64,000 bases of DNA from Veleropilina oligotropha. Its lineage: Eukaryota. The position numbers and the translations under genes were made by a program. Of the stretch, positions 39,401 to 54,767 are shown one piece after another. Every line of letters starts with the position of its first letter. The first letter of the stretch is position 1. The notes beneath the pieces are model-generated. The model had not been told where the DNA came from, did not search any database, and was given only the letters and a program-made list of their open reading frames with translations. The stretch is taken from assembly GCA_048128005.1 (NCBI GenBank), contig JBEUKZ010000078.1, positions 124,001 through 188,000 of the forward strand, written 5' to 3'.

Positions 39401-42400
39401 ATTCGTGACCTGCATGACATCTGAAGTAGAGGGCATGATATCAGTGCAGTGGTACTCCACCTTTCGTCTACCCGGGCGAGGAGTGTATTCACTATTGGTT
39501 GGCTAACTTCCAGTCCAGCACGCCATATTACTGCTTATACATGTGAAAATGATCGTTTAATCGACAATGATCCATGGAAATCAACTGGCCTATCTGATCT
39601 ACGAATGATCTGATCCGTCTGATAAAGCATATAACTATGATTATAATATTGTGAACCTCTTGTTTCAGTTCAAGTCTTTTTCTTCCATGGCCTTTGATTC
39701 CATTAGGTGGGGTCGCCGGTGACGATCCTCTTTCTCCATCTACTACCACCCCTATAGTATCCTAGACCTGTCTGACATTGATACAATCTCTTCGTCTCTT
39801 CTTCGGCCTTACCATCTTCCTCATCCATGTCTTCCCCCGGGCGACCAGGCTTTCCTCACGCGATAATACGGACATGTCCTGCTTTGAACCAAATGATGGC
39901 TGAAAATATACAGGACATTAAAGAGACTATTGCCTGTAAATGAGCTCTTTCTTTTGTAAAAAGAAAACTAACATCATTACACTTTTTGTTTATAACATAA
40001 ACAGTTAGGAATTTTCAACACTTCATTTTCGTCAGTAATTTGCTACCATTTAAATTAATCGCTACTGAATATTTAAAAATGATAAAACGAGGTCCGCGTT
40101 TAATTACCTCGCAACGAGTTCATTTCCAATTGACCTAGTTGGAGAACAGTTGCGTTGATTTCTGCTCATCAAGTAAGATAGCTTTCTAATAAAATACTAG
40201 TCTCCAGTTAAATCAAGGCAGTTGAGACCGACGGGCTTCAATGTGTGAAGCTGGAAAATCCAAAATTGTTCTCTCATGTTTCTCAAGTGTTTGAGGAGAG
40301 AGCTGTCCGGATCCCCGTGTAGGATCTGTATGATGTCAAATGTCATATCTCGAAAGGAATGGAGCGGAAGATTGAAATGAACACCTGTGACCGTTGTGAC
40401 TGAGGCATCAGTTCTACGGTTAGGATAGGCTGATCGTATCAGGATATCCCGGAGGTTTGTGTTCCTTTTGTATGCAATAAGTGGTTGTGGTACCGTTTGC
40501 AGCAAGTTTAGATGGCTAGGGTAGCCTCTGGCAAATCATCAGGGTGTTTTACCGCCAAATCCTTTTTGTACGAAGATTCTTCGGTCTCTAGAGTGTCAAA
40601 CGAGTGACGAGTGAAATCTAAGAGAAGATTCACTAGTTCTAAAGAGCAATAGGAAAGGACTGTGGTCCATTTTTCCGTGAACACATTGTGTTTCAAACCC
40701 ACATTGGGGGTGCATTTGACCACCAGTCCACGTGGGACTGAATGACGTTGAAGGCATTCTACGAGAAATCCGCATTGAGCTTCAAGTTTGGTGATTTTTG
40801 TGCTGGCATTGCGCCATTTGCGATAAATTGTTAGACAATCATTAGACAGGTTAGGTCTGCCTCGTTTGGTGGCCCGGATGTCCGGATCCGAAAATGTTCT
40901 ATATCGTTTAGATTGTCTATCTTGTTCGACATGGATAACAGAAGCACTGGGAGTGATATCGCTCTCCAGTAGGCTCATGTCGCTGTCCGTGTTATTTGGT
41001 CTTGGGCCGAGTGGTGCCGACATCTCCCGAGTATGGAAGAGTAAAAAGACGTATATAGAAGTAGGAAAAGACCACTCAACTATACTGGGAGTGCGCCTGT
41101 GTATAAGTTAAAATCCTGACCGGTTTCGACCTATGTGGTAGGTCTTCATCAGAGGTTGTGAGTTGTGGATGTTTTGTTGGCCTTATATACCCACTGGAGA
41201 TGTATCCGGGGGTCAGCGGTATCCGGTTAATATATCTGGTGTGTATCCGGAATATATCCGGTGTGTATCCGGTATGTATCCGGCGTGTATCCGGCGTGTA
41301 TCCGGTATATATGTATCTCCGGTGTGTATCCGGAGTGTATCCGGTGCCGAAACGATGTGTATTCGGCAATAGTCGAAATGACTTGAGAATGTCGGAAAAT
41401 GTTGTTATTCTCGAACTCAAGCAGATATATGTCAATATAATTGTGTTTATATTTATATTCCAGGCCTGGAAAAGATTTCAAGAAGCTGTATGGCATATAT
41501 ATGTGATATTGGTAGTACAGACTGATCTATGAAATAAAAATTCGCACACTCAAAAATCCTGTGTTGTTCCCTGTTTATTTAATCAAAAACCCTTAGTTGT
41601 ATCATACTTGCGTATACCGGGTGGGGCCTCATTGGAGTGGAACGAGGCGATGTGATCTTTAAGGCTGTCGCTTCTCGTGAAAATACTTTGACAAAAGTTG
41701 CAGACAAATGTGATGTTTCTATGCAACTGTTGATGGCGATATAGCGAACTTCTGCACTTGTAAGCATTATTGCACGTTGGACACGTAAACATATTGATGT
41801 TCTGGTGTGCCATTGAGCGATGGAATAGGAACAAAGGAAAAAACGGGATGACGTCATAAATGTATGTTCTTGTGACGTCATTGGTATAACGTGTTTATAT
41901 CAATCATGACTTATGTGAGCGGCTATAGCGCGACACCGCACTTGATACAACTGGAGACTGAAAAGGGTAGGAGGAATACGAATAAAATACTAGTCTCCAG
42001 TTAAATCAAGGCAGTTGAGACCGACGGGCTTCAATGTGTGAAGCTGGAAAATCCAAAATTGTTCTCTCATGTTTCTCAAGTGTTTGAGGAGAGAGCTGTC
42101 CGGATCCCCGTGTAGGATCTGTATGATGTCAAATGTCATATCTCGAAAGGAATGGAGCGGAAGATTGAAATGAACACCTGTGACCGTTGTGACTGAGGCA
42201 TCAGTTCTACGGTTAGGATAGGCTGATCGTATCAGGATATCCCGGAGGTTTGTGTTCCTTTTGTATGCAATAAGTGGTTGTGGTACCGTTTGCAGCAAGT
42301 TTAGATGGCTAGGGTAGCCTCTGGCAAATCATCAGGGTGTTTTACCGCCAAATCCTTTTTGTACGAAGATTCTTCGGTCTCTAGAGTGTCAAACGAGTGA

Positions 42401-45400
42401 CGAGTGAAGTCTAAGAGAAGATTCACTAGTTCTAAAGAGCAATAGGAAAGGACTGTGGTCCATTTTTCCGTGAACACATTGTGTTTCAAACCCACATTGG
42501 GGGTGCATTTGACCACCAGTCCCACGTGAGAATAACAACATTTTCCGACATTCTCAAGTCATTTCGACTATTGCCGAATACACATCGTTTCGGCACCGGA
42601 TACATCCCGGATACACTCCGGATACACACCGGAGATACATATATACCGGATACACGCCGGATACATACCGGATACACACCGGATACATACCGGACATATT
42701 CCGGATACACACCAGATATATTAACCGGATACAAACCGGATACCGCTGACCCCCGGATACATCTCCAGTGGGTATATAAGGCCAACAAAACATCCACAAC
42801 TCACAACCTCTGATGAAGACCTACCACATAGGTCGAAACCGGTCAGGATTTTAACTTATACACAGGCGCACTCCCAGTATAGTTGAGTGGTCTTTTCCTA
42901 CTTCTAAGATAGCTTTCTACTTGACAATAACATATATTGCCCAGTTACAATAATAATTTCAATAAAAGTCTATCATTTGATCGTATATCGATCATATCTT
43001 CGCGAAATTTGAATCAATCTGCGGGAACCGGGCGATAGAGGGAGTCAGGACAACTCGTGCGAAAGAGCGCATTTATGAGCAATAGTCTCTTTAAGCATCG
43101 ATCCTTTCCTTTTCCACTCCTCCGATAGATACATATGACCGTACCACCTTAGCTGCGCCTTTCTCAATTTCCCTCCTATCTCGCTAACTCTAACCTCTCC
43201 CGTACCACCTCGTTCCAGCCGCGTAATACTTAGTGTGAATCGAAATATTCTCATTTCTGCTACCTCCATCCGCTTCTCCTCCTTTTTCACCGCCACTGCT
43301 TCCATCTCATACAGCATTGCTGGCAAGACCAACGTCGTGCAATTTGTCCCTTCACCCACACTGGTAACGTTCTGTCACACAGGTCCTTCCTCCAGCTGCT
43401 CCACCCTGCCTGTATCCTCCTAGCCACCTCTTTGTTTGAACATCCACGCTCATGTACAGTATACCCTAAATATTTGAATTTGGCTATTATCAGGACTTTT
43501 ATTCCTCCATTCTGATGTTCTCAACTACATTGTCTCCACATCCCGTACACATATACTCTGTCTTCTTCTTGCTCGCTTGCATCCCCCTATCTGCCAACAA
43601 CCTCCGGCACTCTCCCAACCTCGTCCCCGCTTCCTCTATTTTCTTTGTTGGTTGCAATTGGCCACTTTGCTTTACGACCACTTTTGGCAATTTTTAGCCT
43701 TAACGCAGTCGGGAAACCCGGTCTCACTCTGATCTGACCGACATACATTAGGGATATACCATCTATTATTTTAAGCGGTAGAATAAGCCGCCGGCTGGCC
43801 TCGAACCCGGGCCCTCCTGCTGTCTGGGTTGAGTGTCTGACGTGCTAACCACTCACTAGCCAAAGCAGTTCTCTTTTCTCTGTACTACGCACCACGTCCG
43901 CGACCATAATGTTCCATGGTGCTCTCCTTGCCACATATTCTGTCAGACAATCCATGATGATAAGAAACAAGAAAGGGTTTAGCGCTCAACCTTGGTGCAC
44001 CCAACATAAACCTTGAATTCTAGTGTAGGTTAAGAAAACAGTTTGTCCTTTGTGCAATTTGTTATTTAACTTGTTATTATGATCACAACCCTTTATATGC
44101 CTGTATGTTTTTATTTGTATGTATGTATCATCTTATTGGATAATATCATCACAAATATTTCCCATACCAAAGCAATCGGCATGGTTACCACAGTTAATGT
44201 GGCAGTATCGTTATTCTGGACAAAATAATTTTACTTATACTACTTATTATATGATATGCTAATGGAAACATTCACCTTTATTTAAGTGATCATATGGTAA
44301 CAACGCAAACTGACTCATTGGTTTCTTTGATGACAATTTTGTATAGTTATCTATCAATCAATGTACATACAAGTTTCGTCCTAGATATGGTTCTACATCC
44401 CAGTGAGATGCTACATGTTCGGTGAAAACAAGTAGAGTACTGCATAATGCAATATGGCAGACTTTCTGTCAATTTTTTAACGAAGTATTTTGATGTCACA
44501 TTAGTGTACACAAGTGGCATAATCATTAATGACTATGTCGAAGTACTGCCGCTACGTTATACGCTTGTATATCATGCCATTTCATTTGACTTTGCTACAT
44601 ATGAAGTACCGGTAGTTTTGGTGGGCAATGCTATCACGAGTGCTTTAATAATCGAAATGTGACAATTCAGGCTAATGGAGAGGAGAAGGCATATATTTAT
44701 TCAGTCTAGTGGATTTTAATACTTTAAAAATATACTTTTAGACACCAAAAAACCAGCCCCATTCGTCACTTTTTTATAAACTTATAACCGAAAATCAGTT
44801 TCCATCTGTTTCTGTAGCAGCCATTTTGAAAATTGATCGAATAAGAAAAGTTAGGCTCTTGGAGGGGACATATGTTAATTTTGGACGAACTTATAGCGGA
44901 AAATCGGGTTTGAGTGCAGCCATTTTGAATTTTGCTTGTAAAAAATATTGCTCAATGATGGCAAAGTGTCATCAATCGGATTTGCGGTCTGTATGGTCTG
45001 TTCTACCAGAATCACCAATAAAACGTTGTAGATGCTCCAAAATACATCTAAGCCAAAAATGGCCATTCTGCTACTCTCATGATTTTAAATCTTTTCCTAA
45101 TAAATATCTGCTTAAGACCGGCAGCTGTCATACATATTCCTGAAAATATGATTTGCTTGTTTTGCAGACAGTTTCTGCCAAGCATCTACTGAGATACATC
45201 ACTGTTGTCGCTAACACATATACCAACAGGTAATAATACTTTTAAATTAGCAGTGAAGTAGACTGTGCATGTGGGCTTATAAATATTTTTTAAAAGTGTT
45301 GCTATTAAATCTATAAAAGTGTCAATGTATATTATAGTCATTTCTTTAAAATCTTGATTACATACAATTTCTTTTTCGAATAAACCATATTTACGAACTC

Positions 45401-48400
45401 TCAATTGTTAGCAAATATAATTTAATATGAAAGTCTTATTATTACGGTAGTTTGTTCATAAATTAATAGTAAAAACAGTCATGTATCTGTCTATAATTTT
45501 CCAACTTTTTTCTAACAAAGTGAAAATTATGCAATAGCTTGGTCAGGGCTTGATATAATAATAGTGACATAAATATTCTTTTGGCAGAAGCTGTGATGCC
45601 ATTGGCAACGATATTGAACGATGCATTCTGGATTCCAACCCAATTTTAGAAGCATTCGGTAAGAATTCAAGTGTATTGTATGGTATTATCGATCATTATC
45701 AGACAAATATTATTGCAGGTCTGCAAGAAATTATGTATCAGTTGAGTTTATTCATTGTATTTGCGTATCAAAAGTGATTATAGAACGGTAAAGCATGATT
45801 CAGAGGCAACATTCTCTTTTTATGCCCCCTAAACGAAGTTTGGGGGCATATAGTGTTGCACACGTCCGTCCGTCCGGGCGGGCGGGCGTCCGTCCGTCCG
45901 AACTTCGTTTCCGGGCTATAACTTTAGAATGCCTTCATGGATTTAAATTAAATTTGGTATGCAAGTGTGTGATCATAATACCTAAGGCAAGTTCGATTAC
46001 GGTAACATTCCGCATTTCCATTAAGGAGTTATGCCCCTTTATTCACTTTGAAACATTTTTTCATTTCCGGACGATAACTTCAGAATGCCTTCATGGATTT
46101 GCATTAAATTTGGTATTCACGTGTATGTTCATAATACCGAAGTCAAGTTCGATTATGGTAACATTCCGAATTACCATTAAGGAGTTATGCCCCTTGATTC
46201 ACTTGGAAACATTTTTTAATTTCCGGGCGGTAACTTCAGAATGCCTTCATGGATTTACATTAAATTTGGTATTCGCATGTATGATCATAATACCCAAGTC
46301 AAGTTCGATTTCGGTAACATTCCGAATTTCCATAAAGGAGTTATGCCCCTTGATTCACTTTGAAACATTTTTTCATTTCCGGGCGGTAACTTCAAAATGC
46401 CTTCATGGATTTGCATTAAATTTGGTATTCCCATGTATGATCATAATACCGAAGTGAAGTTCGATTTCGGTAACGTTCCGAGTTTCCATTAAGGAGTTAT
46501 GCCCCTTGATTCACTTTGAAACATTTTTTCATTTCCGGGCGGTAACTTGAGAATGCCTTCATGGATTTACATAAAATTTGGTATTCACGTGTATGATTGT
46601 AATGGCTAAGTGCAGTGCGATTTCGGTAAAATTCCCATGTTCCATAAGGGAGTTATGCCCCTTGATTCACTTTGAAACATTTTTTCATTTCGTGGCGGTA
46701 ACTTCAGAATGCCATCATGGATTTAATTTAAATTTGATATTCACGTGTATGATCATAATAGCTAAGTGGAGTTAGATTTCGGTGACATTCCGCCTTCAGA
46801 TAAGGGAGTTATGTCCCTTCATCAACATGCAATTTTGTTTTCCATTTTCGGCCGATAACTTGATAATGCCTTCACGGATATAAATTTGATATACATGTGT
46901 AATATCATTGGAAACAAATTTTATGCCCGGTCCCCGGCAAAACGAAGAATGGAGAGCATTTATTGTTACACATGTCTGTCTCTCGAATGAATGCTTTACA
47001 TTCTGCGCTATATTAAGGAATTCATGGATTCAAATTAAATTAATTTGATATACACATGTATATCAGAATATCTTAGTGGAGTTTCATTTCTATAATTTCC
47101 CAACTTCATTTAGGAGACATAGGACTTTAATTATTAATTTAATTTTGATTTCTATTCTGGACGATAACTTTTGAATACATTCATGGAATGAAACTATATT
47201 TGGAATATAGGTGTATACTGATTCATACATTGTTAAATGCGTAAATTCAATGTTAAGAGAGTTATTGCTTTTCACTTCGAATTTCTTTCATTCCTGGCAG
47301 TTGTTTCAGAGGGGGCATTCGTGTCACTCTGACATATCTAGTTCCATTCCAAAAGAAAATGCAAAATTAAATTCATGTTCAGGGATGATTCTGGCATTCT
47401 TTTAGGGCCGCCGGGCGGCCCCACTTTTTCCTGGCGGCCCCATTGTTGTACATATATTTTTTCCCAATTTACAATCACTTCAGATCAATTTATAACAATT
47501 ATCGTTTTCGCCATATTGGAAATTAGTCTATTTTTATGCAATATGTGGTACCCGTGCTGGATTAAACATCGATTGCAACCGTTTTATGAAGTACGACGTT
47601 ACTACGGTTTATAATAATAGTAACATCGTTTGCGAAACAAAAATAAACGATACTAGATCTGTACGGGACTTCGTGGCGATGTCAGCGCCATGTTCGAAAA
47701 CTAAATTTTACGCTTTCCGCCTTTCGTGTTCGGGATTTTCCGTCAACGGTCGCCGCTTGTGGCGCACGCAATTTTTCAATATAATGATTATTTTGATATT
47801 GATGTAGTAAAGTTAAAGGTGATCCCGAGCACTCCAGCTCCAAAAAACAATGGAACCTGCGAGAACATTACTGGATTTTTCAGCTCCATACACTGATCCC
47901 CGTCGGTCTAAACTGTTTGGATCTGTCCTGAGACTAGTATCCCCCTTCTTAACTTGATATAGTACTTAATTACTTTGTTTCCAATGTTTAGGTGCCCTGC
48001 ATTATTTCTTAATGAAAAAGTGACATTTACAAAGTGAAAGTTGTCGGAAATTCCAGACACCATGTGTTTTTTTAATTTGTTTTGCTTTAAAGGAAAATTT
48101 AAGTAGTACTAGTAGGTAAGATTTGATGCCTTAGGAGTCGACGTATCGTATTATTAGTTAATGATTATTTGCGGTAAATAATTTAATTGTAAGTTCTATT
48201 TCAGTAAATTTTTAATTAAAGATGTTTGAGCGAAAAAGAGTAATTTTGAATAAAATCATTATCTGGTTACATGTCCGATCAGTTAATTAGATACACCGGG
48301 TTGACGTACATTTATGAAAATACTCCACAAAGTAACAATTTAGCATTTTGAGGCGAGCTTTTATTGCTCACCATGATTTAAAATTCGCACTGCTGGGTAG

Positions 48401-51400
48401 GGTAGTAATGATAATATGGACACATGCTATCTACTTCGTCTACTGTCTGTTCACTTATCTGACCTTAAAAGACATTTATCACTAGTGACGCCCACATAAT
48501 GTAACCAACCAGTGCTCGAAACAGACGGTCGCCGGTCCCAGTGGCGAACAAAAGTCCACACGGGCGACCACAAATAGCAAAAACATCGATAGTTACTGGC
48601 CCAAATATTTATGTAACTTACTAAGTTCCTGCAACAATTTATTCAAGATCCTGTTCTTTGTTAGGCACTAAGGCATGTTAATTGTTATGTTCCTGCAACA
48701 ATTTATTCAAGATCCTGTTCTTTGTTAGGCAATAAGGCATGTTGTTATGTCCAACCATATGTTCTTTAGTATGAAAAAGTCCAGCAAAACCCGAGAATAT
48801 CTTTCCAGACAGTAGCAGTAGCACAAGCTGTCGGATCCAGACAGTCACGTGACCCCGTCTGAATAAGTTTATTTTTAGTTTCGGACTCTGTCCTGAAGCA
48901 TTTTTATATTATAAAGTAATATTTTCAAGAGTGCTCTAGTTAAACATTGCAGGTTCTAAAATGTTTTTCATTCCACATTAATTAGTTAGGGTTAAATTAT
49001 ATAATTTACTGGGTTAAGTTTCGTTTCTGACACACAAGTCAAGCATTTGTGTGTATGCAAATTAGCTAGCTGAGGAGGTACTCCAACAACGTTAGAGCCT
49101 GCTATAGTTCCTAATATCAGACTCTAACGGCTGAACTAAAATTTCTCACCGCAGAATAATCTCAAGGTGAAAATCACGTCCCTTGGCGAAAAATACTAAA
49201 TTTCAATAAAATAACTACAGTTTATCACTTACTTGCATCGGTATATGTTCCTTTATACAAAATTTCATCACATGCTGCCCCAATTTTGTTACCTTAACAC
49301 CGAAAAGCTATGTTGGAACACAAAACGGACGGTTTTTAACTTTCACAATGTAAACAATGTGACCATTGCTATTTCACACTTACCTTATCAACCCCCAGGC
49401 ACAGTAATGATTGTTTCAAGCGTAAAATCTGGAGGTATAATCTGGGTAATTATACCGAAATAAGTCTTCGTATTAATCAAGTAAACTGGAATGATGTATT
49501 TAACTCATCTATAAGTGTCAATGACATGTGCGACACACTAGTGAAGTTTTTAAATGACATGAGTAAAACATTCATACCCTCAAAAGATGTTGTCATACGA
49601 CCACGCGACCAAAAATGGATGTCTGGTGTTGTACGTAACCTTATGCGCAAACGAAATCGTATCCATAAAAGAGCTAAGAAAACTAATAATCAAACACTAT
49701 GGGCAAAGTACAGGCGAATCAGAAACGAAGTCATTACATCTGTTCGTAACGCGAAATGTGAATATGATAAGAACACATATTCTAAACTCTGTAATAATGA
49801 TTTGCGGGGTAAAGCGTGGTGGGATTTATTTAAAATGTCAAATAATATAAAAACAAAGAATGCTATTCCCGCCTTAAATATTATACAAAATGGAGTTGAA
49901 TCTTGCATATTAAATGATAAAATAAAAGCAGAAATTCTAAACAATTACTTCGTATCTAACTCCACAATAGATGCAATCAGTGATGTCGAACCACCTGTAC
50001 AACACCTAACAAACTTAACACTAAATTGCATAAATATAAATGAACAAGATGTTAAAGACGCCATTTTAACATTAAAACCTAATAAAGCATCTGGTCCTGA
50101 CAACATCAGCACAAATGTATTGAAAAATACTGTCAATGCTATAACAGCACCACTTACAAATCTATTCCAGCGATGTTTAGATAATGCACAATTTCCAGAA
50201 TCATGGAAAAAATCTCATGTTATTCCTATTGCCAAAATGACTGGAGCAAATGTTCCCAACAATTTCAGACCGATCTCTCTGACGAGTAACCTCGGTAAGG
50301 TGTTTGAGAAGGTGGTATATAAATATGTTTTTAATCATATTAAATCAACTAATATCCTGCATCCCTATCAGTCGGGTTTTCTTCCAAATCATTCTACTGA
50401 AATCCAATTATTAGAAATTTATAATACTATTATAAGCGAACTGGATAAAGGCAAGTCTATGACATTCATCTTTTGTGATGTCTCAAAGGCTTTTGATAGG
50501 GTGTGGCATAGGGGTCTTCTCATCAAACTGGAATCCTTCGGTATATCAGGACAACTCTTACGTTGGTTCGATAATTACCTATCTGATCGCTGCCAAAGAG
50601 TATTGTGTAATGGTCATCTGTCGACATGGCAAAACACGTCAGCTGGGGTACCCCAAGGATCTGTACTTGGACCTCTACTCTTTCTAGTTTTTATTAACGA
50701 TATCGTTTCCAACATAGGCCCTGAAATGAGACTATTTGCAGACGACACGTCTATGTTCATATCGCATGAGCATGACGAAGATATATCGGATTATCTCAAC
50801 GCTGAACTAGACAAACTTTATAAATGGTCGAAAGTTTGGCATGTCAAATTTAACCCTGAAAAAACGGAATGCCTATGTATTACGAGAGGTCGTAATCAAG
50901 AACCACCAACATGCTTTATGAATAATATTCCCATACCCGTTGTAAAAACTCATAAACATCTTGGACTCGTACTAAATAGTAATGCAACATGGACTGATCA
51001 TCTCTCTTATGTTAAACAAAAAGCATCGAGCAGAATAGGATTACTTAGAAGAAATAAATACAAACTAAATAGAAAAACACTCAAACAAATTTATTTAATA
51101 TTCATTAGACCAATAATCGAGTACGGATCCATTGTTTGGGATAACTGCTATGAATATGAATCAGAATCTCTCGAAAAACTCCAATGCGAAAGCTTGAGAA
51201 TTATAACTGGACTGCCTTCATGGTGCCATAGAGAATACTTATATCTGGAAACTGGCATCACTCCATTAAAATTAAGAAGATTAAATAAACGACTACTAAT
51301 GATGTATAAAATCTTAAATAATATGACACCGCCTTTTCTAAGACTATTAATTCCTCCTAATCGAGGAAGTCGAAACCCCTACAATATACGAAATCGTGAT

Positions 51401-54400
51401 CAATTAACCGCGCCATTAACACGTACAGAGGCATATAAGAAATCATGCATTCCCAGAACAATTTACGACTGGAACGCCCTTGATCTAAACGTTAGAAACT
51501 CTCCAAGTATTTTCACATTTAAATCCAGAATTTCCGTTAACATTGAACTTCCCCTATACACAAATTATGAGTATGATAGAAAACTGGCTATTACACACAC
51601 AAGACTTCGAAGGGACTGCTGCCTTCTCAACTCTACCCTCTTCAGACTGAATATTATTGCAACTCCAGCCTGCTCGTGTGGACATGTTAATGAAGACGTC
51701 GAACATTTTTTATTGTACTGCCCGAACTATAACGAGCAACGAAATGTACTTTTTAGAGTAATTGAAGCACAAAACATCTCTACCCTTCTATTTGGAACCA
51801 GACTCCATAGCGAAGTTACCAACCGTGAAACTTTCAAAGCTGTTCAGATATACATTAAAAAAACTGAACGATTTAAAACCTAATAGAGCAAAATAATGAG
51901 AGCTAAATCATTAGCTAAGCTCACACCCGAACCTCAAAACACAATATACACATAGCAACGACTACAGTAATATGTCAATCCTCACAGTAATGTAATGTTC
52001 ACTTCCTATAACATATTCCTATACCATAAGTATATCACAATAGCGTGAATGCCAATATGATTAATTATTTATACCATGTAAAAACTGACAGCAAAAAGAT
52101 TAATATAGGCAGTAGCCTGCTATCTAATTGCTGTATATTTTTACTTAATGTATTTGTACATAATGATCATTTCTTCACTAATAAAAATATGTTTAAACCA
52201 ACAGAAGACGATCGCTATTTTGGGACGTTAGCGTTACGTTTTCATTAAATCCACCAATCAAAATCATTAGCCTATTCTTCGTATAGATGGCGCGGCCGAG
52301 GAGGAAAATACCGTCAACAAGTTTGACGGTTAAACATTGACAAATAATGCTGTTTTATCATACATTATAACAACAAAATCAATAAAAACTAACAGGTATG
52401 TGTATATTCATGCATATTTATACAATTTATATATTTACTGTTTGTTTCACTGTAAGTAATTTGATCCAAAACCGTTCCCGATGGATTTCGTCGGGAACCT
52501 GCTCGTCATAAATGGTCATAATGGAGATATGAGCTAGGGTTGGGAAGGCACGTCAACCCGGTCTCATATGTTATAGGAGTAGCTGAGGAGGCTGACCCAT
52601 TTCTCGCAAACTGTTGCTGACAGAGATGAACAATTCTTTGATCTTCTGGGGTTGGATACATTTATTGATAAACATGACGTCAGACAATTGTAGAGCTCTT
52701 TGACAGTAGGAAAAGTTGCCACTATTTATAAACCGTCATATTGAGAGAGTTCAAATTAACCATGACCCTAATATATACGTTTTATAATTAAACAAGAACG
52801 ACGCGTTCGGATTATGTCTTGACCTTTGTCTGCATGGACCGTCTGTTGTATATTAGTGTACGTTAAAGGTTCTTATACAATCTAACATATTCATACGATG
52901 TATTTACGATGTATTGTGAGGACCACAATGGAAATAAGTTGTTTTCAACTTTTTGTGTTATCCTCAGCATCTTTATCATGCAGTACTTTGTTTCTTTCGT
53001 ATCCTTGTGTTGTTACTATGTATTGTTTATATGTACATTAATGTCTCTCATGTATTATGCTGATATTGTGCCAAATAAATCAAATCAAATCAAATGCTTC
53101 CAACTCATGATTTTCTGACTGATGACAATTTAATTATGTCTTCAATAATTATGACGTCATAATTTAGTCACACTAAAATGACGTCATAGACGTCATAACT
53201 TGGCTTAGGCCAAGTTACCATTGCAATTATGCATAAAAATGCCTATAAAAACGATATTTTCAGAAATTCATACATGTGATACCTCCCGCCGGGAGTAAAT
53301 TACTCCCGAAATCAGCACCCCCAAAATGACCTACTCCCGAAATGATATTAATCTCCCAAAATGACATTAATCTCCCGAAATCGTCGATTCCTACCGATGT
53401 ACCTTCATTTCTCCCGAAAAGCTACTTCCGCAACTATTTACTGTTAGCGAGACTGTTTATGTAGTCCAATTAAGCTGCTTGGGATTACTTCACGGTTGAA
53501 CGCCGACTATGAAAGGGACACTAGTTAACACACTGGCCAACATTAAGACTACTTCAGTTGTGCTACAGCAAGTTAATGGCGTATTCAGTAGATAAACGAC
53601 AGTTTTAATGATAAGAATGGCAAAAATATTAAAAACGCGCGAGTAATTATTCCTACCGGTAGTGAGAAGGCTTCCAAACCTGGTTCACCAGTTTCTACGT
53701 GAATAAAGATATCACTTCACTTGTCTCGTTTTCAACTACTTCGGAGTAAAATAGTGCAGCTAGGTGCCTTTCCGGTTTATAGTGATAATGAAAGTTAACG
53801 GCGATGATGAAATTATTTTCATAAATTTTTGGGACTAATTGCAAATAACTTGCGAAAATAACCGAATATTTCCGATTGTCGGTCCCAGTATAATATACAT
53901 TGCATTAGGCCTACATGTAATAAATAGTCTCGCAACAGAAGCAAAATTAATTCATCTTAATTGTGGGTTTCGTAATATTTCTGAAGGTGTAAATATAGAT
54001 TGAAAATTGATTCAATGTAGTTCGGGATACAAACAGCTTACTCTGAGTTTGGAATATATTTTAAGTAATCTTATGAACTGTCATTTGGGACTTCATTAAC
54101 ATTGCGGTTTAATTGCATCACGGATATTGTTCTAAGTCAATGACGTATCTGATTGAATGCCTTGTCGCCGCTTTCATCGGCTAAGTACTGACGACTTCGG
54201 GACACTTTCTACTCACGGATTAATTGGTAAGCACTACTAATTATATAAGAGGATTACCAATGTGGGGCATTAATGCTATAAATAGTTAGGTTTGAATGAA
54301 ATTATATTCACAACTTTCATGGTTAATACGTTTGATCTCCTGAGGTGATTAAAGCTCAGTTTTTTGGAAATGTATAAAATGGCAAGACAGATGTATTTTA

Positions 54401-54679
54401 AACATATTAATTCGAAATGCCGAAACGTGCCCACTCTCCCAATAGTGTATCATCACCAAGAGATGTAATTTGGAAATAATATATGCATTTATTATATGAA
54501 TATTGTTATTATATTAAGATATAATTAAATGTGGTGATGGGATTTGCTTTAATATACAATTTTACAAATTTATTTTAATATATAATATAATTATTTCAGT
54601 ATAATGAAATTTATTTTAATGTATGTTGTATGTATTAAGATTGTATGTACATGATATCATATAATATGGTGTTGGGATA

Positions 54680-54767
<88 letters not shown>

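Larger units (their letters stand above)
40189..42904 (-). mobile_element. Non-autonomous Penelope-like element: ~1.3 tandem copies of a 1793-bp unit plus an inverted segment, 13-15 bp TSD
   Basis: Direct repeat 40188-40729 / 41981-42522 (offset 1793). 42528-42906 is an inverted copy of ~41056-41412. taagatagctttcta occurs at 40174-40188 and 42905-42919. PLE-type peptides [18 protein letters not shown] and HFN..H...[18 protein letters not shown]; no RT. Confidence 0.85.

Noticed and set aside
41076..42813. GYTPD/VYPV-rich ORFs
   Set aside because: Translations of the gtgtatccgg minisatellite.
45795..46775. 220-aa repetitive ORF
   Set aside because: Chance open frame through a 168-bp (multiple of 3) tandem array of a HINE.
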